Source of the DNA: a virus
IMG/VR virus record: IMGVR_UViG_3300026484_000382
Span: 10,702-74,701 of that record
Reading direction: 5' to 3' (one strand)
DNA length: 64,000 bases
Shown: piece by piece, positions 18,725 to 30,121 of the stretch
Layout of the letters: every line of letters begins with the position of its first letter
Numbering within the stretch: position 1 is the stretch's first letter
Translations under genes and position numbers: made by a program
Notes under the pieces: model-generated
What the model was told of the DNA's origin: nothing
Database searches by the model: none
Seen by the model: only the letters and a program-made list of their open reading frames with translations

Positions 18725-20374
18725 ATGTTATCAGTACCCATGGAAGTTTACTTAGATTTTTCTTTAAGAAAAAAAGTAAATAATATAAATATAAATGTAA
18801 ATCAGTTAAAATCTCAAATGTCAAATATGGATGTTTTTTATTTATCTAATAGATTCAAACCTACTTCTGACGGGAGAGTGGTGAATACTAAAATAGTAAC
18901 AGACTCTACTTTTTTTATAAGATTTACAGATGAAACAAATAATTTAAATTTTACAATGTTACGATATGCTTATTTTGGTAATGTTTTTGAAAGTGATTTT
19001 GAAACAATGTCTTTTACTCCTCCAGATCCAGAGAATTACGCTAACTATTATGGGGATAAAGTTGTAGAGTTTGAAGAAGGGGATTGGCTTTATTTTGCTT
19101 ATGTTCCTTTTGGGAGAAATGTTATAGAGTTAAATGATGGAAAAACTATTACAACTTGTGGAACGCAAGGTAAAGTGTGGATAGAGAAAGGGCAGGCATT
19201 TAAAAGATATGTTAGTATACCAAAAGTTCCTGAATTGTTTGCTATGGGACCATATAAAATAATGAAGTTAGTAATAGGGTCAATGTGGGAAAAATATGGG
19301 CCACAAAGATATTCTGTATCTATTTTTTCTCCAGATATGAAAGAAGTAGAAGAAAGTGCTTATGATCTTATTCCTATGGATGATGTGCTTTCTTATGTTA
19401 ATAATACAGTTGCAACTACAGAAAGGGGTTTACATTTGGTGGATTGGAAAAATCCAGAAACTCCAATAAGAGCAAATGCCTCTATACAAACAGGAACACC
19501 TATAAGAAATCTAAAAAACAAATTAATTTTAAGTAAAAGTGGATATGTGAATATGAACCATATTGGACCAAAAATAAAAGAAGAATTTACTATTCATATG
19601 AATTTCTCAGCATATAACACTAACCACAGAGGGACAATCCTTTTTGAGGCCGCTTATGGAATAGATGACGATGGAAATCAAACGCATCATATTACAATAT
19701 GGGCAAATAAAGACGGTTTTATTTGTTATAACTGTAAATTTAATGATGAATATGTGAATACAGGAGAGAAATTACCAACAAATATCTACACAACAATGAC
19801 TTTTGTTTTAGCTAATGTGCAGATTAATCCAGAAAAAATGGATGAAAAAAAATATATGGGATTTATATTTATAAATGGGAGGCAGATATGGCCTAAAGAG
19901 ACATATTTAAACCCAGACGAAGTACAAGTTTTAAGTAGGGGATATAAAGCGTATAGAACATATACTGATGTATGTATGAATTTAGAAGCAAACACAACAA
20001 CAATGGCATACATAGATGCAAAAAGTTTATGTATTAAAAAACTACTAAAAGAGTCAGGGTTTGTTTCTATTGAGACTTTAAATCAAGTATATCAACTGTA
20101 TTTAAACGCACCATCTCCAACAAAAGTAGATATAGATAAAGAATTTGTGATTGGGGATGATGATAAAACTACAATAAAAAAGTTATATTTTGGACAAGAC
20201 TCTTATGAAGATATTTTAGACCAAGAATATTATTTTGAAGGTGAAATTTATGAAATTGTAGTATTAAATAGGGCATATACAAGAAGAGAGGTGGAAAATA
20301 TTAACTTAATCTCATCGTTAGGATATAGTGTAGTTGATATTTATTCACAAGAAATAGAGAAAAAAGATGAATAA
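18725..20374 (+). CDS. LamG/concanavalin-A-like domain protein (putative receptor binding)
   Basis: EFTIHMNF...IFINGRQ...FEGEIYEIVVLNRAYTRREVENI. Confidence 0.7.
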   Translation: MLSVPMEVYLDFSLRKKVNNININVNQLKSQMSNMDVFYLSNRFKPTSDGRVVNTKIVTDSTFFIRFTDETNNLNFTMLRYAYFGNVFESDFETMSFTPPDPENYANYYGDKVVEFEEGDWLYFAYVPFGRNVIELNDGKTITTCGTQGKVWIEKGQAFKRYVSIPKVPELFAMGPYKIMKLVIGSMWEKYGPQRYSVSIFSPDMKEVEESAYDLIPMDDVLSYVNNTVATTERGLHLVDWKNPETPIRANASIQTGTPIRNLKNKLILSKSGYVNMNHIGPKIKEEFTIHMNFSAYNTNHRGTILFEAAYGIDDDGNQTHHITIWANKDGFICYNCKFNDEYVNTGEKLPTNIYTTMTFVLANVQINPEKMDEKKYMGFIFINGRQIWPKETYLNPDEVQVLSRGYKAYRTYTDVCMNLEANTTTMAYIDAKSLCIKKLLKESGFVSIETLNQVYQLYLNAPSPTKVDIDKEFVIGDDDKTTIKKLYFGQDSYEDILDQEYYFEGEIYEIVVLNRAYTRREVENINLISSLGYSVVDIYSQEIEKKDE

Positions 20375-21167
20375 TCAATATATATTACCTGTAAAAATAA
20401 TACTTAATCCCCCAGATGTTTTTTATAAAGCAATTTATTTTAAACAATTTGATTATGTTAAAACCACTTACAAAACTTATAAGCATTATTCCGGCATTAG
20501 TGCTATTAGATTTCCCGGTTTTTACAACGAAGAAGATTTTGATGAATTAAGAATAAAAGACACTTACTTAAAATGGAATAGAAGTAATTATGAAAGTGAA
20601 ATTATAACATTCACAAATTTAAAAGAGCTGGCTAATCAAAAGGTGTTTTATGTTGAAAGAGCGATTTTTTTAAAGATAATAAAATATTTTAATTCAGCTT
20701 TTAAAGTAATTGATGTAAAATATAAAGGTAAGAATATATTGTTTTTTAAAGATAAACCTTTCACAAAAATAATAGAACCTACTATAAAAACCATAGATAT
20801 ATCTTTAAAGAAAAAACAATGTGTTGCGTTGGATATTAATTATATTGGAATTGATTTTTCAAATATGATTCAGGTTAATGAATACAAGAATTACCGAATG
20901 TTTACCACAAGTAATAATGTGAAGGGCAAAATTTCTCCTGATATAGTAAAAGAGATAAAGCCTTTTCTGTTTGGAATAAGCTTTAAAATAGAGAATATTT
21001 ATGATAAAATACAAGAATATTGTTCTAATTATTTTATAAATTTGGTTTACAGAGGGATTGATAATATAGACACAAAAGAAATGATTTTCAATCGTTTTAT
21101 AAAAGTTAAAATCTCTATTAAAACAAAAGAATATATGGGGCCAACCCATTATTTAATCTTAAATTAA
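20367..21167 (+). CDS. Hypothetical protein
   Basis: Long ORF with overlap coupling. Confidence 0.5.
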   Translation: MNNQYILPVKIILNPPDVFYKAIYFKQFDYVKTTYKTYKHYSGISAIRFPGFYNEEDFDELRIKDTYLKWNRSNYESEIITFTNLKELANQKVFYVERAIFLKIIKYFNSAFKVIDVKYKGKNILFFKDKPFTKIIEPTIKTIDISLKKKQCVALDINYIGIDFSNMIQVNEYKNYRMFTTSNNVKGKISPDIVKEIKPFLFGISFKIENIYDKIQEYCSNYFINLVYRGIDNIDTKEMIFNRFIKVKISIKTKEYMGPTHYLILN

Positions 21168-21183
21168 AAAAAAGGAATACAAA

Positions 21184-22149
21184 ATGATTACATATGAAGA
21201 TGTGAAATTTTACAAATCAGAGCATGTTGATTTTGGTGATGACAAAAAGAATGGTGGTTTAATAGGACTAGACCCTATCCCTTCAGGAGAGGTTAATAAC
21301 ATTTTACCAGAAGTTACAGCATCAGAAAGAGAAGATGGAGCAGTTAAAAGAATTAAAGTCTATATTAAAAATGAATCAGATGATAGAAATATGAAAGATT
21401 GTTTTATTTCTATTTCTAAAGATTGTGATTTACCGGACAATATTAAACTTTACGAAGCAACAAAGTTAGAACATTTTCAGTTTGTTTTTGATCAAGATGT
21501 AGATGACGGTACTGAAGCAGGAACTCATATAAAATATAAAGACAATGTTCCTGATGATGCAGAAGCTTTTTCTGATATAAGAGACAGAATGATAAAAGTT
21601 AATGAACAGTATTTGACTATAGATGATTTAGATACAGATAATAATGAAATATGGTTTAAGGAAGATACTGATGGTAGTATTGCTAATGGAGATGTAGCTG
21701 ATACGGCAGATGATGACAATAAATATGAGTCTGATGAAGATTGGGACAATATGACTTATTATATTAATGCACCAATAATTAGAACATTGAATAATGGTGA
21801 GGACAAAATAACAGTAAAAAAAGAAGATGCTGACAATATGGTTGAAGGAATGAATATTTTAATTGTTAATAATTATAGAAGACCTATGTTTAGAACACAA
21901 ATAGATTCTATTGATAGTGATGATGATGATGATAGCATTAAATATATAGTCTTTAAAAAACCTTATTCTAATGCAACAATACCAGCAATGTATGGTTATG
22001 TTTGCTCATCCCCTAGTGTAGATATAGGTAGCCACGAATATACTCCTATTTGGTTAGAATTAAATGTTGTAGCTTCAAATGCTTTAGAGGCAGAGCTAAC
22101 AAATTCTTTTCAATTGCAACTTACTTTTGATGATGTGGCTGCTGAGTAA
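21184..22149 (+). CDS. Asp-rich virion structural protein
   Basis: DVKFYKS...NGG...NNILPEVTASEREDG...KVYIKN N-terminus typical of phage tail-associated proteins. Confidence 0.6.
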   Translation: MITYEDVKFYKSEHVDFGDDKKNGGLIGLDPIPSGEVNNILPEVTASEREDGAVKRIKVYIKNESDDRNMKDCFISISKDCDLPDNIKLYEATKLEHFQFVFDQDVDDGTEAGTHIKYKDNVPDDAEAFSDIRDRMIKVNEQYLTIDDLDTDNNEIWFKEDTDGSIANGDVADTADDDNKYESDEDWDNMTYYINAPIIRTLNNGEDKITVKKEDADNMVEGMNILIVNNYRRPMFRTQIDSIDSDDDDDSIKYIVFKKPYSNATIPAMYGYVCSSPSVDIGSHEYTPIWLELNVVASNALEAELTNSFQLQLTFDDVAAE

Positions 22150-23984
22150 TGAGTTTTAGTGAAATAACTTTTGTTTCTTTGTTTGAGAAAATAGGTTTTA
22201 GAGTTGTAAAAATGGATGCTAGTTATAAGATCCGTTCTTATAACTCAAAACCAGTTATAAATATAGAATATAGAAACGCTATGAGTTCAAGTGTTTTAAA
22301 ATTGTTCTTTAACTATGAAAAATCATATATAAATATGGATGGTATATACAAAAATGGAAATATATTTATATATGATTTTTTTTATGAAAATGTAAAAATT
22401 AATAACATTAAGTTTAATTCTATTTATTCTAAAAGAAAATTAAGTCATTTTAATATTAAATGTGTTTATTCTGAAGTAGTGCACAATGGAATAACATTTA
22501 AAGCCAAATACATTAAACGCTCTTATAAAAATAAAATAAGAAATGTTTTTTGGACTAACAATGGAATTTATTATCACACCATGAAAGTTGTATTCTCTAT
22601 TGAAAAAAAGAAAGAACTTGTTGTAGAAGAATTTGATAAAAAATATTTAAGTTTTAAATTTGAATATAAATTACCATATAAAAAAATGTATAACCTTCAT
22701 AGTTCGTATGCAGATATTAGTTTTAAGATAAAAAATTTAAGAATAAATACTAACGATTATGTTTACAATAAAAATATCCCTCTTTTGTTTAAAAAATCGA
22801 TTAACACAAAAAGTGTCGGCAACATGTTAAAGATGTCTATAAATAATTATATACATTTATTTGGTATTTATTCACCTTACCAGACATATAAATATGCTAT
22901 TCTAATATCATTAACTGGATATGAATTAGGTATGAATTTTTCTTTAGTAAATACACCTTTAAGAGATTTTTATAGTCATCAGGCTGTTTTAAGAGTAAAC
23001 ATGCATAGAATGAAGTGGAGAGAACCTATAGGGGATATAATTGATATACCTTTAAATGTTAAGCAATACAAATTTAAATCAAGTTGCATGGTGTCAATAT
23101 TTCCAAATGTCTGGAAAGACTGTAAAACAAAATACCCAGATGGTTTTATCTTCCCTCCTTTAAGAGATTACAAATATGTTACAAACAAGAAGTTACTTTC
23201 TTGTTTTAAAATAGAACAAAAAAAATATTATAAAAAAGTTATTTCTAATGTAAAAAGTGGAACTTTTAATTATTTAAACAAAATAGATAAATACAAAGGG
23301 ACTTCTGCTTCATTTTTATCTCTATTCTATTTATTCTATTCAAGAAAATATCATTTATTTAATTTTGGCTACTTATTTGTTTTGTCTCAAACTAGCGGTG
23401 TAAGCATTGGTTATCTTTTAAAAAAAGAAACAGATATTTATAATATATATTATAAAGTAAATAATTATTCCTATAAAAACATATTTAAATTGATACACAA
23501 TATGGTTGTTCCTTACTGTAATGTTGGTAGCAGTAAATGTAATTTTGTTGTTAATTTTTACTTAGATGAATTAAATGATTTGACAACAAATGTTCCAATA
23601 GGTTATCATCGGTATTTCTTGTCTAACAAGAATATATATAACACTTATGTTGCGAAACAAACAAGAAACAAGGATTTAAAGCAAATAAAAAGCAATCAGA
23701 TGAAAATAAATATTTCAACACAACAAAATTTGAGTAGTATTTATTCTTTTGGTCAATCGTTTACTCTTAATAAAAATACTAATTTATTATCTCTTGTTAA
23801 GAGTTTTGTTAAAGTAATACTACCAATAAGGCTTAAAAAATGGTATAGTGATACATATTATATTCCTTATAATTATAAAATAAATATTAATGGAAAATAT
23901 AATCAATGGGATTTATCTATACATTCATCTAACTTAGAATGTTATTATGGTCCGATTATGGAGGTTAATCACAAATGGTATTAG
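22149..23984 (+). CDS. Hypothetical F/Y/K/N/I-rich protein
   Basis: 611-aa ORF with TAATG coupling. Confidence 0.5.
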   Translation: MSFSEITFVSLFEKIGFRVVKMDASYKIRSYNSKPVINIEYRNAMSSSVLKLFFNYEKSYINMDGIYKNGNIFIYDFFYENVKINNIKFNSIYSKRKLSHFNIKCVYSEVVHNGITFKAKYIKRSYKNKIRNVFWTNNGIYYHTMKVVFSIEKKKELVVEEFDKKYLSFKFEYKLPYKKMYNLHSSYADISFKIKNLRINTNDYVYNKNIPLLFKKSINTKSVGNMLKMSINNYIHLFGIYSPYQTYKYAILISLTGYELGMNFSLVNTPLRDFYSHQAVLRVNMHRMKWREPIGDIIDIPLNVKQYKFKSSCMVSIFPNVWKDCKTKYPDGFIFPPLRDYKYVTNKKLLSCFKIEQKKYYKKVISNVKSGTFNYLNKIDKYKGTSASFLSLFYLFYSRKYHLFNFGYLFVLSQTSGVSIGYLLKKETDIYNIYYKVNNYSYKNIFKLIHNMVVPYCNVGSSKCNFVVNFYLDELNDLTTNVPIGYHRYFLSNKNIYNTYVAKQTRNKDLKQIKSNQMKINISTQQNLSSIYSFGQSFTLNKNTNLLSLVKSFVKVILPIRLKKWYSDTYYIPYNYKININGKYNQWDLSIHSSNLECYYGPIMEVNHKWY

Positions 23985-26900
23985 GGTATCTTAATTTAAA
24001 TACTTTCGAGGTTCTTTATATAGAAGCTCACTTTAATATACAAACATTAAACACTTTAACTATTGAATGTATATCTTTTCAAATAAAAAAAGAAAAATTA
24101 AAAGGTTTTGTAACTCCAGAATGTTATTTGTCAGCAAATAATGTAGTTCAATTTGTTGGAGAGTATTACAATTTTAATGAATATTATATTGATTATATAG
24201 ATTTTTCTATTTCTAATTTCGCTAAAAACAAAAAATTAAAAGAAGTTTATAGTTATAATTGTTTTTATTCAACACTAAGAAACCCATTTAACAGAACTCA
24301 CTTTCATGATGTTGGAGCTTTATTTTCAATAAAATCTGTGCTTATGAGAGCCAACTTTGAGTGTAAAATAAATGATTATAAAGTAGATTTTGTTTTACCT
24401 TCTTCAATGTTTTATTTAAAAAACTTAAATCTAAAAGCTTTTGTATTTACGGATTTATGGGGTGTTATTAAAAATGCCAAATTGTTTTTTATGGGTTGCG
24501 ATTTTCCTACGTTAACAAGATTAAATGAGAAAAATGAATATACCGGTATGTGGACAAACAGTAAAAACCATTCTTATTATATTACAAATAAAAATTATTT
24601 TTTTAGAATACCATTAAATCCATACATTGGGATAGGAAATATTCCTGTATTAACAGAAGTTGAAGATAATTACACTATAGAAGAACCTACAACCATTTCT
24701 TTAAATTACATTATTAAACCATTTGTTAGGAATGTTAAATTAGACAATGATTTACTTCCTGTAACTTCAAAAGAGCAACATTTAAATATATCTTTGCTTT
24801 ATAATTTAAACTCAGTGTATTCATTGAAATTAAAATACAAAGATACATATAATTTAAAATCATTAACTTCGGCTTGTTTACATATAATTCCTGTTGTTGC
24901 ACCAAAAGGAAAATATCGTATTATAGACACAAAGGATTTTTATAAACAAATATTCGAAGTTAGTAAAGTTAAAAGTGGAAATGTTGTAAATTTAAACGGG
25001 GTTAGCTTATATCTGTGTGATATGTGGGGTATTTACCAATTAAATGTAGTATATGGAGAGACATCCGAATTTATTCTTAAAACAAAAATAGATAAAATAG
25101 AGGCACTAGATGAAATAATTGGTGATTTTGCTGATTTAAATATTGTTATCTACAAAAAAATAATTAATCTAAGGCCTATTGGAATAAACAATCTAATAAG
25201 ACTAAGAATATATTCCACATCAGAATTTCAAAAAAAAGGAATCTATAGAAGTATAAGATTTAATAAAGTACAAAAAAAACCAAACAAAGCTGTCCCTTTT
25301 TATGAGACTGATTGGGTGAAATTAGTTAACTATTCTATGACTAATATAATATTTGATAATTTAATTTCTGGGGACGCATACAAAAGTATGAGAGGGCCTT
25401 ATAAAAAAATATTCCATATGCCAATATATTATTCGTTAAAGAGTTCTTCTTGCATTGGTAAACTTTCTTTAATTAAAAAAGGCATTGGTTTTTATGTTGT
25501 TAACAAAAACAACAACAATACTTACAATAAATTATTTGTGTATTTGTATTCTAATAATGGACAAATATCAGGGTATTTACAAAATATATTATATTCTTCT
25601 GATGGGTTAGAAATAGACAAGAAAACTATTTCATCTGTGGAATTGATTTATTTATTAAATGTGTATTTACATCCTTCATATAGAAGAGCTGCCTACATAT
25701 TTAAAACTAAACAAGATGGCACTTTTGACTGGGATGAAGAAACTATGGAGCATTATAGAAAAATACTTCTTTCTGAAGATGTTATAAAAGCAAATAATGA
25801 GTGTAAACGCATGGGTATATCCCCTTATGGAATAAGAAAGGTGGTTGGTTTTGAATTGTCAAAAAAAGAAATGAATAATGTGTATTATTTTGATAATAAA
25901 GAAACTCATTTTAATTATAAAGGAGTGGAGTATTATATAGACACTTATCCTATAGAGAAACAAAATGTATTTTATTCATTTCTTAAAAATTATGAATTCA
26001 TTAAAAATGTAGGGAGCTCTTATTGTTCGTTTACTATAAAAAACGAAGTAACAACCATCAATTCTTCAAAAATAAGTATCGAAGCCAAGACATCAGTGTT
26101 TTATTTACATAAATCAAATTTTTACATTAAAAGTAGCGACATTAGATATTTAAGAGCAATAGATGGCAACAAGGAATATAAAGTATCTTTTGATTATTTT
26201 AGTCAAAGAATTATGGATTTAAAACCTGTTGTGAAAAATTTTGTTTCCACATCAAAACTTTTAAATCTACATAATTTTAAATATCCTTTTTATTTACAAA
26301 TAATAGAAGTAAACATAAAAGATACTTTATTTGATTATTATAATGTGTATATAAATATGCCTAGATCTTTAAATCCTTATTATTCTAAAGAACAAAAATT
26401 TAGATTAGATAAACCAATATTTTTAAATGAGATTGTATTTAAAGATATTTTTAGGTATAAGTTTATACATATTCTTAAAAAATACAAGGGAGTGTATTCT
26501 AATGTGTTTCATATTAAAATAGCACAAAGAAAAACATTAAAAGAAGTGTATTCAAAATATGATAGCGTTTGGATGCAAATATATTTCTCAAATTATTCTG
26601 ACATGGCAATGGATGAAACAATTTTATTTTTATTTAATAAAAATAATGACGAATTTGGTATAGATATGCCAATAAGACATGGGTTTATTGATGAAGTAGG
26701 TGGAGTGGAGGAAATAAAAAAAGACAAATATTGGCCTAGTTTTCTTCAAGACGGAGAACCAGAATATGGGAAATTTTTAGTGGAAGATGTCCCGAACCGC
26801 AAGGCAGAACCAACGAGAGATTGTATAAATGTGTATAATAAGTTATCTTATAGTGGATTTGACTTTGAAATAGAAAGAGATGATAAGGTGTTAGTAGGGA

Positions 26901-27388
26901 ATCTTGTTTATAAGACAACAAAAAGATTATATGGGTCAAATATAGAAGAAAAACAATCTTTAATGGTAGAAGGTCGTTCAATTTCAGATAATGGTATGTT
27001 CCATGAAAACTTACAAGAACATATTGCTGCTATTGTTGATAAAGAAAAAGTTAAAGATTTTAGAGAAGAAGATATGAGATTTACTGAGGAAGATTTAAAG
27101 GGGTATACATATCCTAACGAATATATAAAATCTTTAAATAATCAATTAATTAAAGGTGTTGAAGGGGTTAATACTAGTATATCTGCTGAAGATGTGGTCT
27201 CTACTCAGGATGAACAGGTATTGTCAGAAGAAACAATCGAAGAAATAAGAAGATATATTGATGACCTGGGAGATGTTTCAGACTCTATAGTTTATGATAT
27301 GGTTCCAACTAGGCCTATTATTGATGGTAAACTATTGAAAAAAATAATAGTTCCACAAAACATAAATATAACGGACAGGGAGGAGTAA
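23975..27388 (+). CDS. Large hypothetical (putative tail-associated) protein
   Basis: 1137-aa ORF; GGAGG SD; acidic C-terminus. Confidence 0.5.
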   Translation: MVLGYLNLNTFEVLYIEAHFNIQTLNTLTIECISFQIKKEKLKGFVTPECYLSANNVVQFVGEYYNFNEYYIDYIDFSISNFAKNKKLKEVYSYNCFYSTLRNPFNRTHFHDVGALFSIKSVLMRANFECKINDYKVDFVLPSSMFYLKNLNLKAFVFTDLWGVIKNAKLFFMGCDFPTLTRLNEKNEYTGMWTNSKNHSYYITNKNYFFRIPLNPYIGIGNIPVLTEVEDNYTIEEPTTISLNYIIKPFVRNVKLDNDLLPVTSKEQHLNISLLYNLNSVYSLKLKYKDTYNLKSLTSACLHIIPVVAPKGKYRIIDTKDFYKQIFEVSKVKSGNVVNLNGVSLYLCDMWGIYQLNVVYGETSEFILKTKIDKIEALDEIIGDFADLNIVIYKKIINLRPIGINNLIRLRIYSTSEFQKKGIYRSIRFNKVQKKPNKAVPFYETDWVKLVNYSMTNIIFDNLISGDAYKSMRGPYKKIFHMPIYYSLKSSSCIGKLSLIKKGIGFYVVNKNNNNTYNKLFVYLYSNNGQISGYLQNILYSSDGLEIDKKTISSVELIYLLNVYLHPSYRRAAYIFKTKQDGTFDWDEETMEHYRKILLSEDVIKANNECKRMGISPYGIRKVVGFELSKKEMNNVYYFDNKETHFNYKGVEYYIDTYPIEKQNVFYSFLKNYEFIKNVGSSYCSFTIKNEVTTINSSKISIEAKTSVFYLHKSNFYIKSSDIRYLRAIDGNKEYKVSFDYFSQRIMDLKPVVKNFVSTSKLLNLHNFKYPFYLQIIEVNIKDTLFDYYNVYINMPRSLNPYYSKEQKFRLDKPIFLNEIVFKDIFRYKFIHILKKYKGVYSNVFHIKIAQRKTLKEVYSKYDSVWMQIYFSNYSDMAMDETILFLFNKNNDEFGIDMPIRHGFIDEVGGVEEIKKDKYWPSFLQDGEPEYGKFLVEDVPNRKAEPTRDCINVYNKLSYSGFDFEIERDDKVLVGNLVYKTTKRLYGSNIEEKQSLMVEGRSISDNGMFHENLQEHIAAIVDKEKVKDFREEDMRFTEEDLKGYTYPNEYIKSLNNQLIKGVEGVNTSISAEDVVSTQDEQVLSEETIEEIRRYIDDLGDVSDSIVYDMVPTRPIIDGKLLKKIIVPQNINITDREE

Positions 27389-27389
27389 T

Positions 27390-28163
27390 ATGTTTGAAAT
27401 AAGCTTTGATTCTGTTAAAGTTATGGGTTGTGTAATAGGATTGAAAGATGGAGAAAATAGTGTTTATTTAAACCCATCGAATGGTAACATTGTGTCTTAC
27501 CAAAAAGAAGATTATATTAAAATAGCAACCATAAATTATGATAAAAAAACAAAAACAGTAAAAATAGAGAGTGAGACAGAACTTTTTTCTGATGATATTA
27601 AAGATGATTTTGATTTTAAAAAGTATCATAACTGTAGAAATCTAGGAAATGGAAGGATGATAGCAAATGGTCCATATTACGGCAATAGCGCCCTTATGGG
27701 GTCAACAGAATTTCTAGAAGGGCTACCTATTTCATTTAATTACAACAGTTTTATTATGTCAAGCATATCCATAGCTTCATATAACTGGGCTGGTGGGAGA
27801 ATGTGCTTTAATACAACTTTAACAAGAGCTAATGTGCATAATCCTCCATTTACAGGACACAGTCCTGGTTGTAGTATTCCTTCATCATTTTCAGTGCCTC
27901 AAATATCTCTTGCAATACCAATGACTTTATTTTATGGTAATTGGTTGGCCGCAATGAAATGGATTAATGGAATGACTAGTATAGTTGATTTTTTTTACAC
28001 TCACAGACAATATACAAATGTTGAAATAAACAAAAATGATTTATTTAGACTTAAAATAAAAGATAGTGAGATAAAAATTAACCCAATAGCATTAGACAAG
28101 GTATCCGCTTCTACTTCACCTGATTGGGCTGCATCAATGTCTATGTTAAATATATTAAAATAA
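27390..28163 (+). CDS. Hypothetical structural protein
   Basis: GGAGGAG SD; operon context. Confidence 0.5.
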   Translation: MFEISFDSVKVMGCVIGLKDGENSVYLNPSNGNIVSYQKEDYIKIATINYDKKTKTVKIESETELFSDDIKDDFDFKKYHNCRNLGNGRMIANGPYYGNSALMGSTEFLEGLPISFNYNSFIMSSISIASYNWAGGRMCFNTTLTRANVHNPPFTGHSPGCSIPSSFSVPQISLAIPMTLFYGNWLAAMKWINGMTSIVDFFYTHRQYTNVEINKNDLFRLKIKDSEIKINPIALDKVSASTSPDWAASMSMLNILK

Positions 28164-28179
28164 AAAAAAAAGGAATAGA

Positions 28180-29556
28180 ATGGCTAGTCTGTTTATATCA
28201 ACAGTAAAACCAAAAACATTAGAAGTTATACCAGGCCAAAAACCATGGTTAACAAATATACCTGATGAACAAAAAGACATTATATTGTATAAATTGGTAG
28301 GTCCATGTCCCCCTCCAGAACAAGGTGGGTGCGGTAAATACAAAAATGAAAAAAAAATAGTAATTAAAGTCCCAGCAATGAGAGAAATGTTAACTCCATT
28401 TTTAATGGACTCAATTGAAAAAGAAATGAAAAACAAATATTACCACAATATTAGATATATAGAAGTAGATAATAAAACATTTTACAAAAGATTAAAAAAA
28501 TACAAAACACATAAATTTAGATATTTCTATAAAGGCGAGTTTAGAACATTGTATTTTAATTTACAATCAAAATCTTTAGTATTGAAGGAAAATTTTGCTG
28601 TTCATTTAACTTTATTTGCTTCTTTTCCTGCAAGAGGTTTAACAGCTGGATTACCAACCCCTTGCAAAACAGCTGGTTCATACAAATCACCTTGTGCATG
28701 TGATGCATCTGATTGGGCAGTAGCTACATGGCTAAAAGGACTTGACCCATTAAAAGATGAGTGGTGGCAAATACATGGGGAACCAGAATTGGATAAATAT
28801 TGTAGACCAGCCGGAAAACCTTGTTATGGTGCCCCATTGGAATTAGAACATGACACATATTATTATACAAAACCAGGTGACAATGATTATATTGTTGAGT
28901 GTTTTACTGAAGAAATTGTGAATAATAATTTAGAAGGTTGGGCTAAAACTAAATATTTTATATTGGATAGAGAAGGTGAGTATTTTAAAAAAGGAACAAA
29001 AAATAAAGCAAGATATTCCGAATGGATTTTAGATTCATATAATAGTCAAAAATACCAAAGAATAGAATTGTATCATGACAAAAAAAAAGAAGTTAAAGCT
29101 AGATTTGTTGTTGATAACTTTAAAAGTATTGATGAACTGTTTAAAAAAATAGGGTATTCATGGTTTGGTAGACATAATACTTTTTATTTTATGTGGTTAG
29201 GGTGTGTTAATTATTTTAATAATGAAATTATGGAAGGGTTCTACTGCCCTCCAGACCCAGAACTCAAAATAATTGGAGGGGATGGTGCTAAATTAATAGT
29301 TCCTGATGGTGGCGGAATAGAAGCAGATGGTTTTAATGAAATTAGCGATGATAAAGAATTCCTTATTCAACAAACAATAGAATGGTATGAGCAACCAGAT
29401 TTATCTATAAAACATTTAGATGATATAAAAATATTTCAACAAGAACAAATATTGTATTTTAATATAAACACAGATAAATATTTAAACAAAATAAGAATTA
29501 ATGGAAATACAAACGATGATTTTATGGATTATGCTGTGGTAAACTATTTTACTTAA
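28180..29556 (+). CDS. Cys/Pro-rich putative tail-tip protein
   Basis: GPCPPPEQGGCG, PCKTAGSYKSPCACDA and CRPAGKPCYG segments. Confidence 0.5.
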   Translation: MASLFISTVKPKTLEVIPGQKPWLTNIPDEQKDIILYKLVGPCPPPEQGGCGKYKNEKKIVIKVPAMREMLTPFLMDSIEKEMKNKYYHNIRYIEVDNKTFYKRLKKYKTHKFRYFYKGEFRTLYFNLQSKSLVLKENFAVHLTLFASFPARGLTAGLPTPCKTAGSYKSPCACDASDWAVATWLKGLDPLKDEWWQIHGEPELDKYCRPAGKPCYGAPLELEHDTYYYTKPGDNDYIVECFTEEIVNNNLEGWAKTKYFILDREGEYFKKGTKNKARYSEWILDSYNSQKYQRIELYHDKKKEVKARFVVDNFKSIDELFKKIGYSWFGRHNTFYFMWLGCVNYFNNEIMEGFYCPPDPELKIIGGDGAKLIVPDGGGIEADGFNEISDDKEFLIQQTIEWYEQPDLSIKHLDDIKIFQQEQILYFNINTDKYLNKIRINGNTNDDFMDYAVVNYFT

Positions 29557-29596
29557 TAATTTTTTATGTTATAATTAAGAAAAAAAAGGAAAAAAA

Positions 29597-30118
29597 ATGA
29601 CTTTTACGAACATAAGTAAAGCAGTTTTAGTGTTAAATGGTAGATTAATAGATCCTAGTAAATCTATCTTTGTAAGTGATGATAGTTTAAAATCAAATGC
29701 TCACAAAGTTCTTCAATATTGTGTTACTAACAAAGGTATTGTAAAAGATGTTACAGGAAAACAAATGTCTGTTGAAACACTTAAAGAATATATTGAACAT
29801 AGTGTATCAACAAAAAACGAACAAGTAGAAAAAGAAAAGGATGATTATCTTGATATACTTAAAGAAACTATTAAAGAGGAAGAAGCAAAAGAAAAGTCTG
29901 TCGCTGAAACTAAAAAAGAAACTGTTAAAGTGGAAAAAGAAAAAGAAGAACCTGTTACTGAAGTAAAAGAGCCTGTTGTTGAAGAAACAAAAGAACCTGT
30001 TGTTGAAGTAAAAGAACCTGTTGTTGAAGTAAAAGAGCCTGTTGTTGAAGAAACAAAAGAACCTGTTGTTGAAACTAAAAAAACTAATTCAAGAAAAACA
30101 ACATCAAGAAGAAAATAA
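29597..30118 (+). CDS. Protein with EPVVE(E/V)(T)K repeat tail
   Basis: Own TGTTATAAT promoter; six tandem units. Confidence 0.65.
   Translation: MTFTNISKAVLVLNGRLIDPSKSIFVSDDSLKSNAHKVLQYCVTNKGIVKDVTGKQMSVETLKEYIEHSVSTKNEQVEKEKDDYLDILKETIKEEEAKEKSVAETKKETVKVEKEKEEPVTEVKEPVVEETKEPVVEVKEPVVEVKEPVVEETKEPVVETKKTNSRKTTSRRK
29948..30079 (+). repeat. Coding tandem repeat with 21/24-nt units
   Basis: GA(A/G)CCTGTT...GAA unit repeated six times. Confidence 0.9.
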
Positions 30119-30121
30119 CAC

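Noticed and set aside
29948-30079. Tandem repeats as a CRISPR array
   Set aside because: There are no unique spacers; these are in-frame coding repeats. No cas genes or arrays were seen in the window.
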